Counted from the first letter of the stretch, positions 48,899 through 57,737 are shown. The stretch: 64,000 nt of DNA from an uncultured Bacteroidota bacterium (GCA_913055635.1 CAJXLK010000020.1:3214-67213), one strand, 5' to 3'. Made by a program: numbers and translations. The notes: generated from the sequence alone by a model not told the origin.

Positions 48899-49900
48899 AT
48901 GAAAATGAACGATTTAACAAGAATACAAAGAAATATGAGAACGATTGGTGTGTTGTTGCTGCTTTCTTTTTTACCCGTTCTAAATGCCCTGGCTCAATTA
49001 CCGGAAGCACTTAATAAAGATGTCATCATTGAACAGGATATTCAATCGCAGGCTCAGTGGAATTATAAATACAAGGATGGAGAACCCAGCGATAAGGGTT
49101 ACAAGAATGCCTACAAAGAATTTGACCGCAACGGGAATGTCATTAAGGAAGAGTATTACCGGCGGGGGGACATCAATCAGGAATTGAGTTATGAATACGA
49201 TCACAATCAAAATAAAACCGAATACGTCAATTACAGCGCCAAAGAGGATGAAATACGCTTTAAACAAACCATTGATTACAACAATCAGGGAAAAAAGATA
49301 AGAGAAAAACGGTATAATGGCAGCGAGCACCGCATCATCGATTATCAGTACAATGACAAAGATAAACTTGCGCGCATTATAGAAGAGGATCTGGATGGCA
49401 ACCTGGTACAAAAGCGAATTTTTAATTACGAGGGGAAAGATGCCAATATCAGGGTGCTTAATGGACAAGGAAAACTTACTTCAAGGGTCATTAATAAATA
49501 TGATGAGCAGGGGAACCTGATTGAACACAAAGTGTTCGACCCCCAGGGCAATCGAACCAAGAAAATATCTTATGAGTTCAACGGGGATAACCTGAAAACC
49601 GACGAAATCAAGCATCAGAAGGGCAATTTCATTTATCACAAAACCTACAAATACGATAAGGACAACAATCTGGTTGAAATTCATAAAGAACAACCGCGGA
49701 ATGAAGTGCATACCTCCCGCATCTATAAATATACCGAGGAAGGTTATTTAAAAAAGGAATTGTGGTACGACTCAAGGGCTGAAAAATACTCCCACAAAAA
49801 ATACACCTATAACGAAGAAGGCATTGTCCAGAGAGCCAAAGTGTACTATGCCCTTTACGACTACAGGGTTCTATACCGCTACAAGTACAATTTCCACTAA
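48899..49900 (+). CDS. Secreted repeat protein with YD/RHS-like short repeats
   Basis: Signal peptide IGVLLLLSFLPVLNALAQ. It has at least 6 repeats of the type Y-x-Y/F-D/N-x-x-G-N/K-L/I (YEYDHNQNK, YQYNDKDKL, KYDEQGNLI, YKYDKDNNLV). Confidence 0.6.
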   Translation: MKMNDLTRIQRNMRTIGVLLLLSFLPVLNALAQLPEALNKDVIIEQDIQSQAQWNYKYKDGEPSDKGYKNAYKEFDRNGNVIKEEYYRRGDINQELSYEYDHNQNKTEYVNYSAKEDEIRFKQTIDYNNQGKKIREKRYNGSEHRIIDYQYNDKDKLARIIEEDLDGNLVQKRIFNYEGKDANIRVLNGQGKLTSRVINKYDEQGNLIEHKVFDPQGNRTKKISYEFNGDNLKTDEIKHQKGNFIYHKTYKYDKDNNLVEIHKEQPRNEVHTSRIYKYTEEGYLKKELWYDSRAEKYSHKKYTYNEEGIVQRAKVYYALYDYRVLYRYKYNFH

Positions 49901-50060
49901 TCGATTAACAAATCTTCACCAATCTGATTTACAAGTTTCGCTAAATTGGCCGGGTTGATCCGAAGTTTATTTCTTTAAAAAGCTTATCAAAATCGCTCGC
50001 GGGTGAGATAGAGATAATGCATATGTTTTTCATGTTGCATGCTTTGAGAATATTCTGCTG

Positions 50061-50089
50061 AGCCTCCAAACCCGTGTTGATTGGAGGCT
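50061..50089. terminator. Hairpin between convergent genes (possible terminator)
   Basis: 9-bp stem AGCCTCCAA / TTGGAGGCT with an 11-nt loop. The flanking T-tracts are weak. Confidence 0.3.
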
Positions 50090-50187
50090 GTTCATTTCCT
50101 CCTTCAATCCCCACCCGGCCCATATGGATTAATTCCCATTATATCTGACCAGTCGTGTATTGAATTGGGCTTTATTTAAACCTTTTT

Positions 50188-51570
50188 TTAATTGGCGTGG
50201 TTTTGTTTTATTTGGCCGGCGATATCAGCTGCCTGTTTGATCCGGTCGGCCATTCCAATGCCGTCGCGCAAGTTGCCAGCGATGGTCAGGCCGGGATAAC
50301 GGTTTTCCACTTTCTGTATGGTTTGAAAGCGTGTTTTGCTTTCTTTGCCATATTGGGGTATGGCTTTTGAATAGCGGTTAATACGCAGCAGATCAGGATT
50401 AAAATCGGGCAGGTTAAACATATCGACCAGTTCTTTGCGGATGGTTTCGATGATTTGATCGTCAGAACGATGGTAGATATCTTCCCGCCGGATGCCGCCT
50501 AAAAAGACCGAAAGGAGGGCTCCGTTGTCGGGGGCGCGATCAGGCAAAAAAGCCGACATGAACAGGGCTCCCAGGATATCGCGGTTCTCGATGTGGGGCA
50601 CCAGGCCGCCGAAGCCCTCCAGTTCAGGACCTTTCCATTGTTTGAAACCAACGGCGGCATGAATCACCCGGGCATATTGAAGGTTGGAGAGGCGATCCAG
50701 CTCCTGCTGACTCAAAAAGTCAAATATATCGGGCAGATCGTAAGCCCCCACCGTGGTGACTACCCTGGAGGCGGCCACCTGTTGGCGGGTACCCTGGTGG
50801 TTGAAATGAACCTGAAATCCTTCTCCATCAGGTGTAACCCGTGTATCTTCTACATTGAAACGGAACCTTTCCGGCGAGGCCGACCGGTAAAGCCCCTGAA
50901 TCAGATTGTAAAGACCGCCCCTGAATGAAAAAACATCCTTGGTGGCCTTTTGCTCCAGTGCACTTTTCTTTTCCATCTTTTTCCGGAGGGCCCCGCCGAT
51001 AAAACTTCCATAGTTTTGTTCCAGGTTATACAACCGGGGCAAAGCGTAAGCGGGGACAATCATCGAGGGATCGCCTGCATAAACCCCAAGTATGAAGGGG
51101 TCAACCGCATAATTCAGAAATGAGCGGCCCATCCGTCGCTTTACCATCTGGTCAAGGGTTTCCTCGCGATGGCGGCCCGCCTTGCGGAATGGCTCGCCCA
51201 AAAGGCGAAACTTGTCTTTCCAGGTAAAAAGGGGCGTCGTAAGTCCGGAAACCAGCCCGGAAGGCAAGGCCTCCCATCGGCGGCCTTTCCATATGAACCG
51301 CTTTTTTACCGAATCATCCGGAATGTAAGGTTCGCCATAGGCCTTCATGGCTTCAAACAGTTCGGCTACTTCCCCGTATTTGACCATGCCGGTGTTGGGG
51401 CCCTCCTCATAAGTAAAGCCCTTTTCCTGGCGCGTGTGAATCACCCCACCGGGCCGGTCTTTCTTTTCAAGGATTAAAACATTCATTCCGCTGTTGCGCA
51501 GGTAATGGGCCAGGGTTAAACCAGTGAGCCCGGCCCCGATTATGACCAGATCGTATTGTTGGGTGTGCAT
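50188..51570 (-). CDS. hemY: FAD-dependent protoporphyrinogen oxidase (HemY/PgoX type; sometimes labelled hemG in annotations)
   Basis: 460-aa ORF with the N-terminal dinucleotide-binding motif DLVIIGAGLTGL and LEKKDRPGG...GFTYEEGPNT. It starts 5 nt after the hemN stop. Confidence 0.8.
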   Translation of the reverse strand: MHTQQYDLVIIGAGLTGLTLAHYLRNSGMNVLILEKKDRPGGVIHTRQEKGFTYEEGPNTGMVKYGEVAELFEAMKAYGEPYIPDDSVKKRFIWKGRRWEALPSGLVSGLTTPLFTWKDKFRLLGEPFRKAGRHREETLDQMVKRRMGRSFLNYAVDPFILGVYAGDPSMIVPAYALPRLYNLEQNYGSFIGGALRKKMEKKSALEQKATKDVFSFRGGLYNLIQGLYRSASPERFRFNVEDTRVTPDGEGFQVHFNHQGTRQQVAASRVVTTVGAYDLPDIFDFLSQQELDRLSNLQYARVIHAAVGFKQWKGPELEGFGGLVPHIENRDILGALFMSAFLPDRAPDNGALLSVFLGGIRREDIYHRSDDQIIETIRKELVDMFNLPDFNPDLLRINRYSKAIPQYGKESKTRFQTIQKVENRYPGLTIAGNLRDGIGMADRIKQAADIAGQIKQNHAN

Positions 51571-51575
51571 GATGA

Positions 51576-52955
51576 TTAAATGGTTTTGGAATAACTATTA
51601 TGAGCATTCGACATTAAAGGATCAAATTGCATGGCGATGTTGCGGATCAGAAAAAAACCTTTGGAAGTGACTTCTACCTTGTTTTCATCGGCCCTCACCA
51701 GTCCCTCGTCAATGAATTCGCTCAGGTTGGCCGGATCATATTGCACTGTTTGCCTGACCTCCCTGGGCGATATCTGGAAGTCGTTGGCAATGGTCAGGAA
51801 GTCGAGGTAATGGTTGCACATGATTTCCTGAAGCACTTTGCGGCGGATCTTTTCAGCTTGGTTCAGGCGATAACCTCTGAATACAGGCAGTCTTTGCTGA
51901 TTGATTGCTTCCTGGTAGGTTTCCGGCGAGCGGGTATTCTGGCTATACCCTTCATGGAGCTGACTGATGCCGGTTGCCCCAAAAGCGTAGACCTGGCCGG
52001 TTTTTTCCCGGGTGACGTATCCCTGAAAATTCCGCTGCAGCGATTTGTTTTCAAGGGCCCGGGCCAATTCATCGTCGGGTTTGGCATAATGGTCCATGCC
52101 AATGGGCACATACCCCCCCGAAGTAATTTTCTGGAAGGCGGCCTCCAACATGTTCAGCTTTTCATTGGCATCGGGCAGATGATAGGCTTCCAGTTTTTTC
52201 TGATGGGCTTTGAACCAGGGCACATGGGCATAAGAAAATGTTACAATGCGTTCCGGTTGAATCTGAAGGGCTTTATCAATGCTTTGCATGTGATCTTGGT
52301 GGGTTTGCCCGGGCAAACCATAAACAAAATCAAAATTAACACCCCGGAAACCTGCTTTTTTAGCGGTTCTGTAGAGGTCCTCCAGGGGATACAAAGGAGG
52401 TTTGCGATTGAGCTTGTCCAGCAGGTTGTTGTTGGCATCCTGAATCCCAAGGCTCATCCGGTTGAAGCCCATCCTGGAGAGGCGGATCAGGTCGTTCAGC
52501 TTCAGATAAGCCGGACTGCACTCCATGGCTACTTCCGGCTCCGTGGCCAGGGTAAAGTGCTGATGAATCACCTCCATGACCTCTTCAATGAAATGGAAAG
52601 GCAGGGCATTGGGTGTACCCCCACCCCAATGAATCTGGGTCACCGGCCTGGAACGATCCAAATGCCGGGCTACCAGCCGGATCTCTTTTTTCAGGGCTTC
52701 CATATAGGAACGCAACTGCTCCCGCGAGCCGGTCAAATTGGTGTTGCACCCGCAAAAATAACAGATCTGGGGGCAAAACGGGATATGCACATACAGGGAG
52801 ATGTTTCCCGGCCCCTTGTGATTAGAGGCTTCCAGCATCTGAAGGTAATCCTCAGGGGTGAAGGATTCGGTAAAATAATTGGCCGGTGGATAGCTGGTGT
52901 AGCGAGGGCCCGCTTTGTTGTATTTTTTGATCAATGCTTTGTCGATGTATTGCAT
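51576..52955 (-). CDS. hemN: Oxygen-independent coproporphyrinogen III oxidase (radical SAM)
   Basis: Motifs GPRYTSYPPANYF, CPQICYFC (CxxxCxxC) and HWGGGTP. Starting at ATG 52955 gives about 459 aa, the usual HemN length. The ORF is open further upstream to 53069. Confidence 0.9.
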   Translation of the reverse strand: MQYIDKALIKKYNKAGPRYTSYPPANYFTESFTPEDYLQMLEASNHKGPGNISLYVHIPFCPQICYFCGCNTNLTGSREQLRSYMEALKKEIRLVARHLDRSRPVTQIHWGGGTPNALPFHFIEEVMEVIHQHFTLATEPEVAMECSPAYLKLNDLIRLSRMGFNRMSLGIQDANNNLLDKLNRKPPLYPLEDLYRTAKKAGFRGVNFDFVYGLPGQTHQDHMQSIDKALQIQPERIVTFSYAHVPWFKAHQKKLEAYHLPDANEKLNMLEAAFQKITSGGYVPIGMDHYAKPDDELARALENKSLQRNFQGYVTREKTGQVYAFGATGISQLHEGYSQNTRSPETYQEAINQQRLPVFRGYRLNQAEKIRRKVLQEIMCNHYLDFLTIANDFQISPREVRQTVQYDPANLSEFIDEGLVRADENKVEVTSKGFFLIRNIAMQFDPLMSNAHNSYSKTI

Positions 52956-53065
52956 AACGGCAATGTGCTTTATTCTATTTTGGATGACGCATGGGATGAT
53001 TATTTGTTGCATGCGTTTGCAGGTTTTATGAATTGGGGTGCTGATCCACAAGCCATGGTGCCCCC

Positions 53066-54328
53066 TCACTGTCGCTGATCGATCAGGGCATGCTTAGGTG
53101 CTTTTTCCGTATTTGCATAGCCTTGAGCTTGTTTTTGTTCAGGATCGTGATAGAGGAACCCGATGCTCAGGGTAACGACCAAGCCCATGGCCGCTTCTGT
53201 AAAGAACAAGCCGGTATATCCTATCCAGTCGCCGAGATGGCCACTGGCCACGGCTACAAGCAAGCCGCTTAAGTGGGTCAATACGATTTGAAGGGTGTAA
53301 TCGGTTCCTTCCCTGCCTTTTCGCACAGTATTCATCGAGATGGTGAAGATGGCCACCGAAGCCAGTCCATAGGCGCTCCAAATAAGTGCTATTCCTATAT
53401 ATATGAGCAGGGTGCCGGGTTGCTGGAGGGCAATCAGGCTCATGGCCAGGGCTGAGAGAAAGCCATAGAAGGCAAAGAGCCTCAAACTGGTCTTGTTTCC
53501 CAGGCGCCGCAGGAGGTATCCCCCCAAAAAGGCACTGGCGGCGCCGAAGGCCGTACCAAAGATACCGGTCATGAAGGCAATCTGTTCGATGGTGTATTCC
53601 AGGTCGACCAGATAAGGTTTCAGCATGGCCAGTATGCCAATAAGCCCGGAATAGAATATGACCAGCAACACCACCCGGCGCCAGATTTTGGGCATCCGGA
53701 AGAAACCGGGGATATCCCTGAAGGCAATGCGTTTGCTTCGGCCCGGGGTTTTGCTCAGCTGGCGGTCCTGTCGGTAGCGGCCAATGGGTATGAGTGCTAC
53801 CCCAACAATGACGGCAAGCACCAGCATCAGATATTGCCAGCCGATCAGGGTGTAAAGGTACAGCAATACCCCGCTGCCAAAGAGCGTGCCCAGAAAATTG
53901 CCCGATGATTGCATGCTGTTGCCCCAACCCCGCTCCTTTTTGGCCAGTATCCTGACCGCAAAAGCGTCCGAGGCAATATCCTGGGTGGCCGATAGCATGA
54001 ATGCCACCACCATCAGGACAATGATCGTGACAAAATCGGTCTCTAGCTGAAAGAACCCGATGGCAATGATCACCACCGCATAGAATACTTCCGAGCCAAT
54101 GATCCACCGGCGGTAATGCATGTTGTCACGGGCATTGTGATCCACCAGCGGGCCCCAAAGAAATTTGATGATCCATGGAATCTTGATCAATTGCAACAAT
54201 CCGATGTTACTGAGGCTGTAGTTTTCCATGCGCATGATCACCGGCAATACGGTGGAAAAAAAGCTCATGGGAATGCTTTGAGCCAGGTACAGACTTAATA
54301 GAATGGTGTATTTTTGAACAGGCTTCAT
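53066..54328 (-). CDS. MFS transporter of the AmpG/PAT-like family (same broad family as the RhtX/FptX siderophore permeases)
   Basis: 420-aa ORF with about 12 hydrophobic helices. It carries the motifs KFLWGPLVD and SATQDIASDA...ERGWG, characteristic of AmpG-like permeases. Confidence 0.78.
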   Translation of the reverse strand: MKPVQKYTILLSLYLAQSIPMSFFSTVLPVIMRMENYSLSNIGLLQLIKIPWIIKFLWGPLVDHNARDNMHYRRWIIGSEVFYAVVIIAIGFFQLETDFVTIIVLMVVAFMLSATQDIASDAFAVRILAKKERGWGNSMQSSGNFLGTLFGSGVLLYLYTLIGWQYLMLVLAVIVGVALIPIGRYRQDRQLSKTPGRSKRIAFRDIPGFFRMPKIWRRVVLLVIFYSGLIGILAMLKPYLVDLEYTIEQIAFMTGIFGTAFGAASAFLGGYLLRRLGNKTSLRLFAFYGFLSALAMSLIALQQPGTLLIYIGIALIWSAYGLASVAIFTISMNTVRKGREGTDYTLQIVLTHLSGLLVAVASGHLGDWIGYTGLFFTEAAMGLVVTLSIGFLYHDPEQKQAQGYANTEKAPKHALIDQRQ

Positions 54329-54333
54329 GCCAG

Positions 54334-56484
54334 TTAATTCATCAGGGTTTTAAAATTCAGGTTGCTTTTAATCGTCATCCCGAAACGGAACGGGGCGCTT
54401 TGCTGGCTGTAGGTGTTATTGAAAGCCTCAAACATGAAGGCATTGTAATGCTGATTCAGGGCATTTTTGGTCCAGACAGCAAGTTTGAACTGGTTGAAAA
54501 CCAATGAGGCCCGTAGATTAACAAGGCCATAATAATCTTCTTTAAGGGTGTTGGCATCGTTCCAGTAATGCTGGCCCACCCCGTGATAGGAGCCGTGAAG
54601 CTGCAAGGCATTGAGGAAGCCGGAAGAAAACACATGCCGGTAGTTGGAGGCCAAGCTGAATGTAAAACGCGGGACGTAGGGCAGGAAATTTCCGCTGAAG
54701 TCAATGCCTTCTGCGGGATTCTTAACATATTGGTCATACCGGGCATGGGTGTATCCCAGGCTGAAACGGTTGTTCCATTGCCGCGATACGCGGTGGCTCA
54801 TCTCCAGCTCCAACCCGGAAGAGCTTGCCCGACCGGCATTTTTAAGGAGTGGTCCCTGGCTAAGGGTGTCGATCTGATAAACCTGCTTATTTCGAATGTC
54901 AATGTGATAAACTGACAGACGTCCCTTAAAATCTTGACCGGACCATTTCAACCCCATTTCGTAGTTCAGGCTGGTTTCCGGTTTGTAGGTCTGATCGGTT
55001 CGCCGCTCGAAGGTGGAATTGAAGCCCCCGCTTTTATACCCTTTGGTGAAACTGGCATATTGCACCAGCCAGTCATTCCACCTGTAATGCACACTGGCCT
55101 TGGGAAGCAATTCAGGATAAGACACACGGTGCACAAAATCATCCTGGGGCCGGGGCTGTTCGTTCATCCGGATCAGATAATGGTAGTCCAGGCGGCTCAT
55201 TTCATAATCATAGCGCACGCCGGCCGTCAACTTCATGTCGGGGATCAGGAAATCCCGGTACACCGCCTGGCCGAAAATGGCAAATCCGCCGGTTCGGTTG
55301 TCATATCTTTTGGTTTTGCTCATTTCCCCAGGCAGGTTCCACTGGTCAACGGCATCAGGCCCATAGAAGACGTTCACCCGTTTGTCGCGGTACTGATAAA
55401 AGCCAAAAAGACCTCCCAGAAATTGCACCCGACGATTCGACGGCGAACTGATGTTGATCTCCTGGGCAAACATGTGGTGCTGGCGATCCTGCTTTACATA
55501 AAGCAACTCCCGGGGGGTAAAGTCCTGGTCTATATCCTGCAAATCATCCAACAACTGGAAGGAGGAAACAGATTTGAGATCGAACCCTTGCACCTCCGTT
55601 TCCACTTTTAACCCGGTGCTGACAATATCTCGTTTATAGAAGCTGTTGTGGTTGTAACTGATTTGGCCCCGCTTTTGGTCCTGGGTTTTTTTGGCATAGG
55701 GATATCCATTGTTGCGGGTGTTTTTGGCATCGACGATTAGGCTAATCCGGGTATCCTGCTGGGGTTGATACGATAATTTGATGCGTCCCGATAAGTCTTC
55801 CTTGCCCCCAATGGTGTTGCGTTCGTATTGATTGGTATAGTAACCGTTGTGATTCATGTAGTTGCCTGACAAACTGAACCGCAACTGCTCGCTCAGGGGC
55901 AAATGCTGATTGAGATGGAATTGTTTCCTTCCATGATTGCCCAGGCCCAGGGAAAAATTGGTGGAAGGCCAGGCCTTGGGTTGCTGGGTGTATATTTTGA
56001 TGATGCCCCCCAGGGAGTTGCGGCCATAGAGGGTTCCCTGGGGCCCACGGAGGACTTCAATGCGCCTGATGTCAAAAAGATTGAAATCAAAAGCGGCCTT
56101 TTCGAAATAGGGTATCCCATCCACATAAAGGGCCACGGCCGGTTCGTTGATCCTGGAGCCAATGCCACGGATATAGATGGGCGAGGTCAGGCTCGAACCA
56201 TAATCGGGCATGTGTAAGCCCGGGGTGCTATGACTCATGTCATTGAGGGTTTCAACCTGACGGCGCTCCTGCTGAAGGCCATTGATCGCCGAAACGGAGG
56301 CAGGAACGGCAGTGAGCTTTTCACTCCTTTTATTGGCCGTGACCAGCACATCATCGATATAATATTCATCAATCAAAGAACTGTCCGAAGCAGCCTGCTC
56401 CTGACCCATTGTGGGGCTCGCCCATGCCATGTACAGGATCGTCAGGAATATCCATAAATAAGTTGATTTCATACAGCTCGTCAT
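54334..56484 (-). CDS. TonB-dependent outer-membrane receptor
   Basis: 716-aa ORF with a signal peptide. The plug region shows DDVLVTANKRSEK and IEVLRGPQGTLYGRNSLGGIIKI, followed by a long beta-barrel. An alternative ATG is at 56472. Confidence 0.9.
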   Translation of the reverse strand: MTSCMKSTYLWIFLTILYMAWASPTMGQEQAASDSSLIDEYYIDDVLVTANKRSEKLTAVPASVSAINGLQQERRQVETLNDMSHSTPGLHMPDYGSSLTSPIYIRGIGSRINEPAVALYVDGIPYFEKAAFDFNLFDIRRIEVLRGPQGTLYGRNSLGGIIKIYTQQPKAWPSTNFSLGLGNHGRKQFHLNQHLPLSEQLRFSLSGNYMNHNGYYTNQYERNTIGGKEDLSGRIKLSYQPQQDTRISLIVDAKNTRNNGYPYAKKTQDQKRGQISYNHNSFYKRDIVSTGLKVETEVQGFDLKSVSSFQLLDDLQDIDQDFTPRELLYVKQDRQHHMFAQEINISSPSNRRVQFLGGLFGFYQYRDKRVNVFYGPDAVDQWNLPGEMSKTKRYDNRTGGFAIFGQAVYRDFLIPDMKLTAGVRYDYEMSRLDYHYLIRMNEQPRPQDDFVHRVSYPELLPKASVHYRWNDWLVQYASFTKGYKSGGFNSTFERRTDQTYKPETSLNYEMGLKWSGQDFKGRLSVYHIDIRNKQVYQIDTLSQGPLLKNAGRASSSGLELEMSHRVSRQWNNRFSLGYTHARYDQYVKNPAEGIDFSGNFLPYVPRFTFSLASNYRHVFSSGFLNALQLHGSYHGVGQHYWNDANTLKEDYYGLVNLRASLVFNQFKLAVWTKNALNQHYNAFMFEAFNNTYSQQSAPFRFGMTIKSNLNFKTLMN

Positions 56485-56532
56485 AGGTTATGATTCTATG
56501 CAACAATGATTAATAGACAGGCAAAATCGCCA

Positions 56533-56563
56533 TTAATGGATTTAGAGGAGTTATATCCATTAA
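56533..56563. promoter_or_regulatory. 9-bp inverted repeat upstream of the TonB-dependent receptor (candidate operator or leader hairpin)
   Basis: TTAATGGAT-N13-ATCCATTAA lies 49-79 nt upstream of the receptor ATG. A TAATCATT half Fur-box-like sequence is next to it on the minus strand. Confidence 0.3.
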
Positions 56564-56628
56564 ATTATTTCCGAAAGATTGATCATATAATGGGATAAAA
56601 ACACGGACCGGATATTCTCCGGCAAGAG

Positions 56629-57003
56629 TTAACGGGCCGGCGGTCCCCTTAACGAGAAGGTACGATTCAGGTCCGAAACAGGAAGTGCTGGTGAGCCGGC
56701 AAAAGCGAACGGGGCACTTCCAGCCTGGCATAAATCATTCGTTGTGAGTTGTATAAGGGGTGGGTTATGTGAGTCAACCTGAGTGGATGGCCTCGGTTTG
56801 TTTGACCGGGGCGGGGTGATCTGTTGTGGAGAAGCCGCATTCGAATGGCCTGGCTGGGCGTCAACTTCCACCACCAGGGGGGATGACTCCCTGGGATCGG
56901 TTGAGGTGTCAGCTCCCCGGAACTGATTGACCAGCAGGGTTCCAAAAACACCCAGAAGCAACAGGTAAGGCAACAATGATGTGATGAAGCTTGTATAAAA
57001 CAT
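56629..57003 (-). CDS. Doubtful ORF: N-terminal TM helix plus Pro-rich linker, no recognisable C-terminal domain (TonB-like fragment?)
   Basis: MFYTSFITSLLPYLLLLGVFGTLLV is followed by a Pro/Ser/Gln-rich stretch. The 3' third is translated through GC-rich hairpins. A hairpin plus T-run at 56596-56622 follows the stop. Confidence 0.3.
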   Translation of the reverse strand: MFYTSFITSLLPYLLLLGVFGTLLVNQFRGADTSTDPRESSPLVVEVDAQPGHSNAASPQQITPPRSNKPRPSTQVDSHNPPLIQLTTNDLCQAGSAPFAFAGSPALPVSDLNRTFSLRGPPAR

Positions 57004-57096
57004 ATTCAACCGAATGGGCTTAACAGGGATTAAAAGTACAAATAATATCCCGGTCTGCCTTAGACAGGCGGCTATTTAAACCTGTTATAAATTGAG

Positions 57097-57432
57097 TTAT
57101 GGAGACCTTTTTTTCTTGAATTTTTTCCGGTTGGGATTTTCGGGGAACCAGCCTTTCTGGACCCGTTTTTCCTGTTCGATGACCTCCCCGATGCCCCAGA
57201 GGAAGGTAAAGCCGAGGATGCTGCAGGAGGCCGAGACCAGGAAATGGGGGGTAACCAGGGCCAACAGCAACAGCAAGCCTCCCAGAATCAGGAAGACGAT
57301 CCAGAAACGACGGGTAAAGTAGTATTCGCCTTTGATGGTCAGATATCGACCCAGGGCAATACTGCCAAAGGCAACGGCCCCGATGATCAGTCCGCTCAGC
57401 TGGATGGTCAGTGAAAACAGGGTCATGCTCAT
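57097..57432 (-). CDS. Small integral membrane protein, DUF4491-like (copy 2)
   Basis: 111-aa ORF with 3 hydrophobic helices and a basic C-terminal tail. It is a paralogue of the upstream gene. Its ATG overlaps the upstream stop as ATGA. Confidence 0.6.
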   Translation of the reverse strand: MSMTLFSLTIQLSGLIIGAVAFGSIALGRYLTIKGEYYFTRRFWIVFLILGGLLLLLALVTPHFLVSASCSILGFTFLWGIGEVIEQEKRVQKGWFPENPNRKKFKKKRSP

Positions 57433-57737
57433 GATTCATGATAATTTCTGCGGGGATTGCGTTTGGCCTGACCTTTCAATACGCGCTGGTGCTGTTTGAA
57501 AAGTTCCAGGGTGGACCATATCAGGGCAAAGCCCAATACGCCCAGCAGAACAGAAATGAACCGCTGGGCAATGAAAAGCGAGGCTGTGGCCGAGACGATG
57601 CCGGATACCAAAAAGAAAGGCCACACGCCTTTCCCATAATGATATTCCACCCGGATGACCACCGGGTGAAAGATGCCGATGATCAAAAAGGCAAACAGTC
57701 CGACCAAAAACCCTTCATAATTGATGAAACCGAACAT
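57429..57737 (-). CDS. Small integral membrane protein, DUF4491-like (copy 1)
   Basis: The start is taken at ATG 57737 (MFGFINYEGFLVGLFAFLIIGIF). The ORF track extension to 57869 would overlap adk. The architecture matches the next gene. Confidence 0.6.
   Translation of the reverse strand: MFGFINYEGFLVGLFAFLIIGIFHPVVIRVEYHYGKGVWPFFLVSGIVSATASLFIAQRFISVLLGVLGFALIWSTLELFKQHQRVLKGQAKRNPRRNYHES

Noticed and set aside
51627-53078. 483-aa ORF on the plus strand covering the whole of hemN in antisense
   Set aside because: The minus-strand frame carries unmistakable HemN motifs (YTSYPP, CPQICYFC, HWGGGTP). The antisense product has no motif I recognise. Its composition (rich in G, H, F, L, V, Q) is typical of a shadow ORF produced by stop-codon depletion opposite a codon-biased gene.
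53139-54107. 322-aa same-strand alternative-frame ORF inside the MFS transporter gene
   Set aside because: The Gly/Arg/His/Pro/Cys-rich product has no structure-like periodicity. The annotated frame gives 12 clean hydrophobic helices and AmpG-type motifs.
56596-56760. Cobalamin or other riboswitch in front of the TonB-dependent receptor
   Set aside because: The segment GCCAGGCTGGAAGTGCC looks superficially like a B12 box. The upstream conserved elements (GGGAA...GGTG-AA-TCC...GCCCCCGC-ACTG) are absent, and the region is also inside an ORF. I could not fit any riboswitch consensus by eye, so a covariance-model scan would be needed to reopen this.
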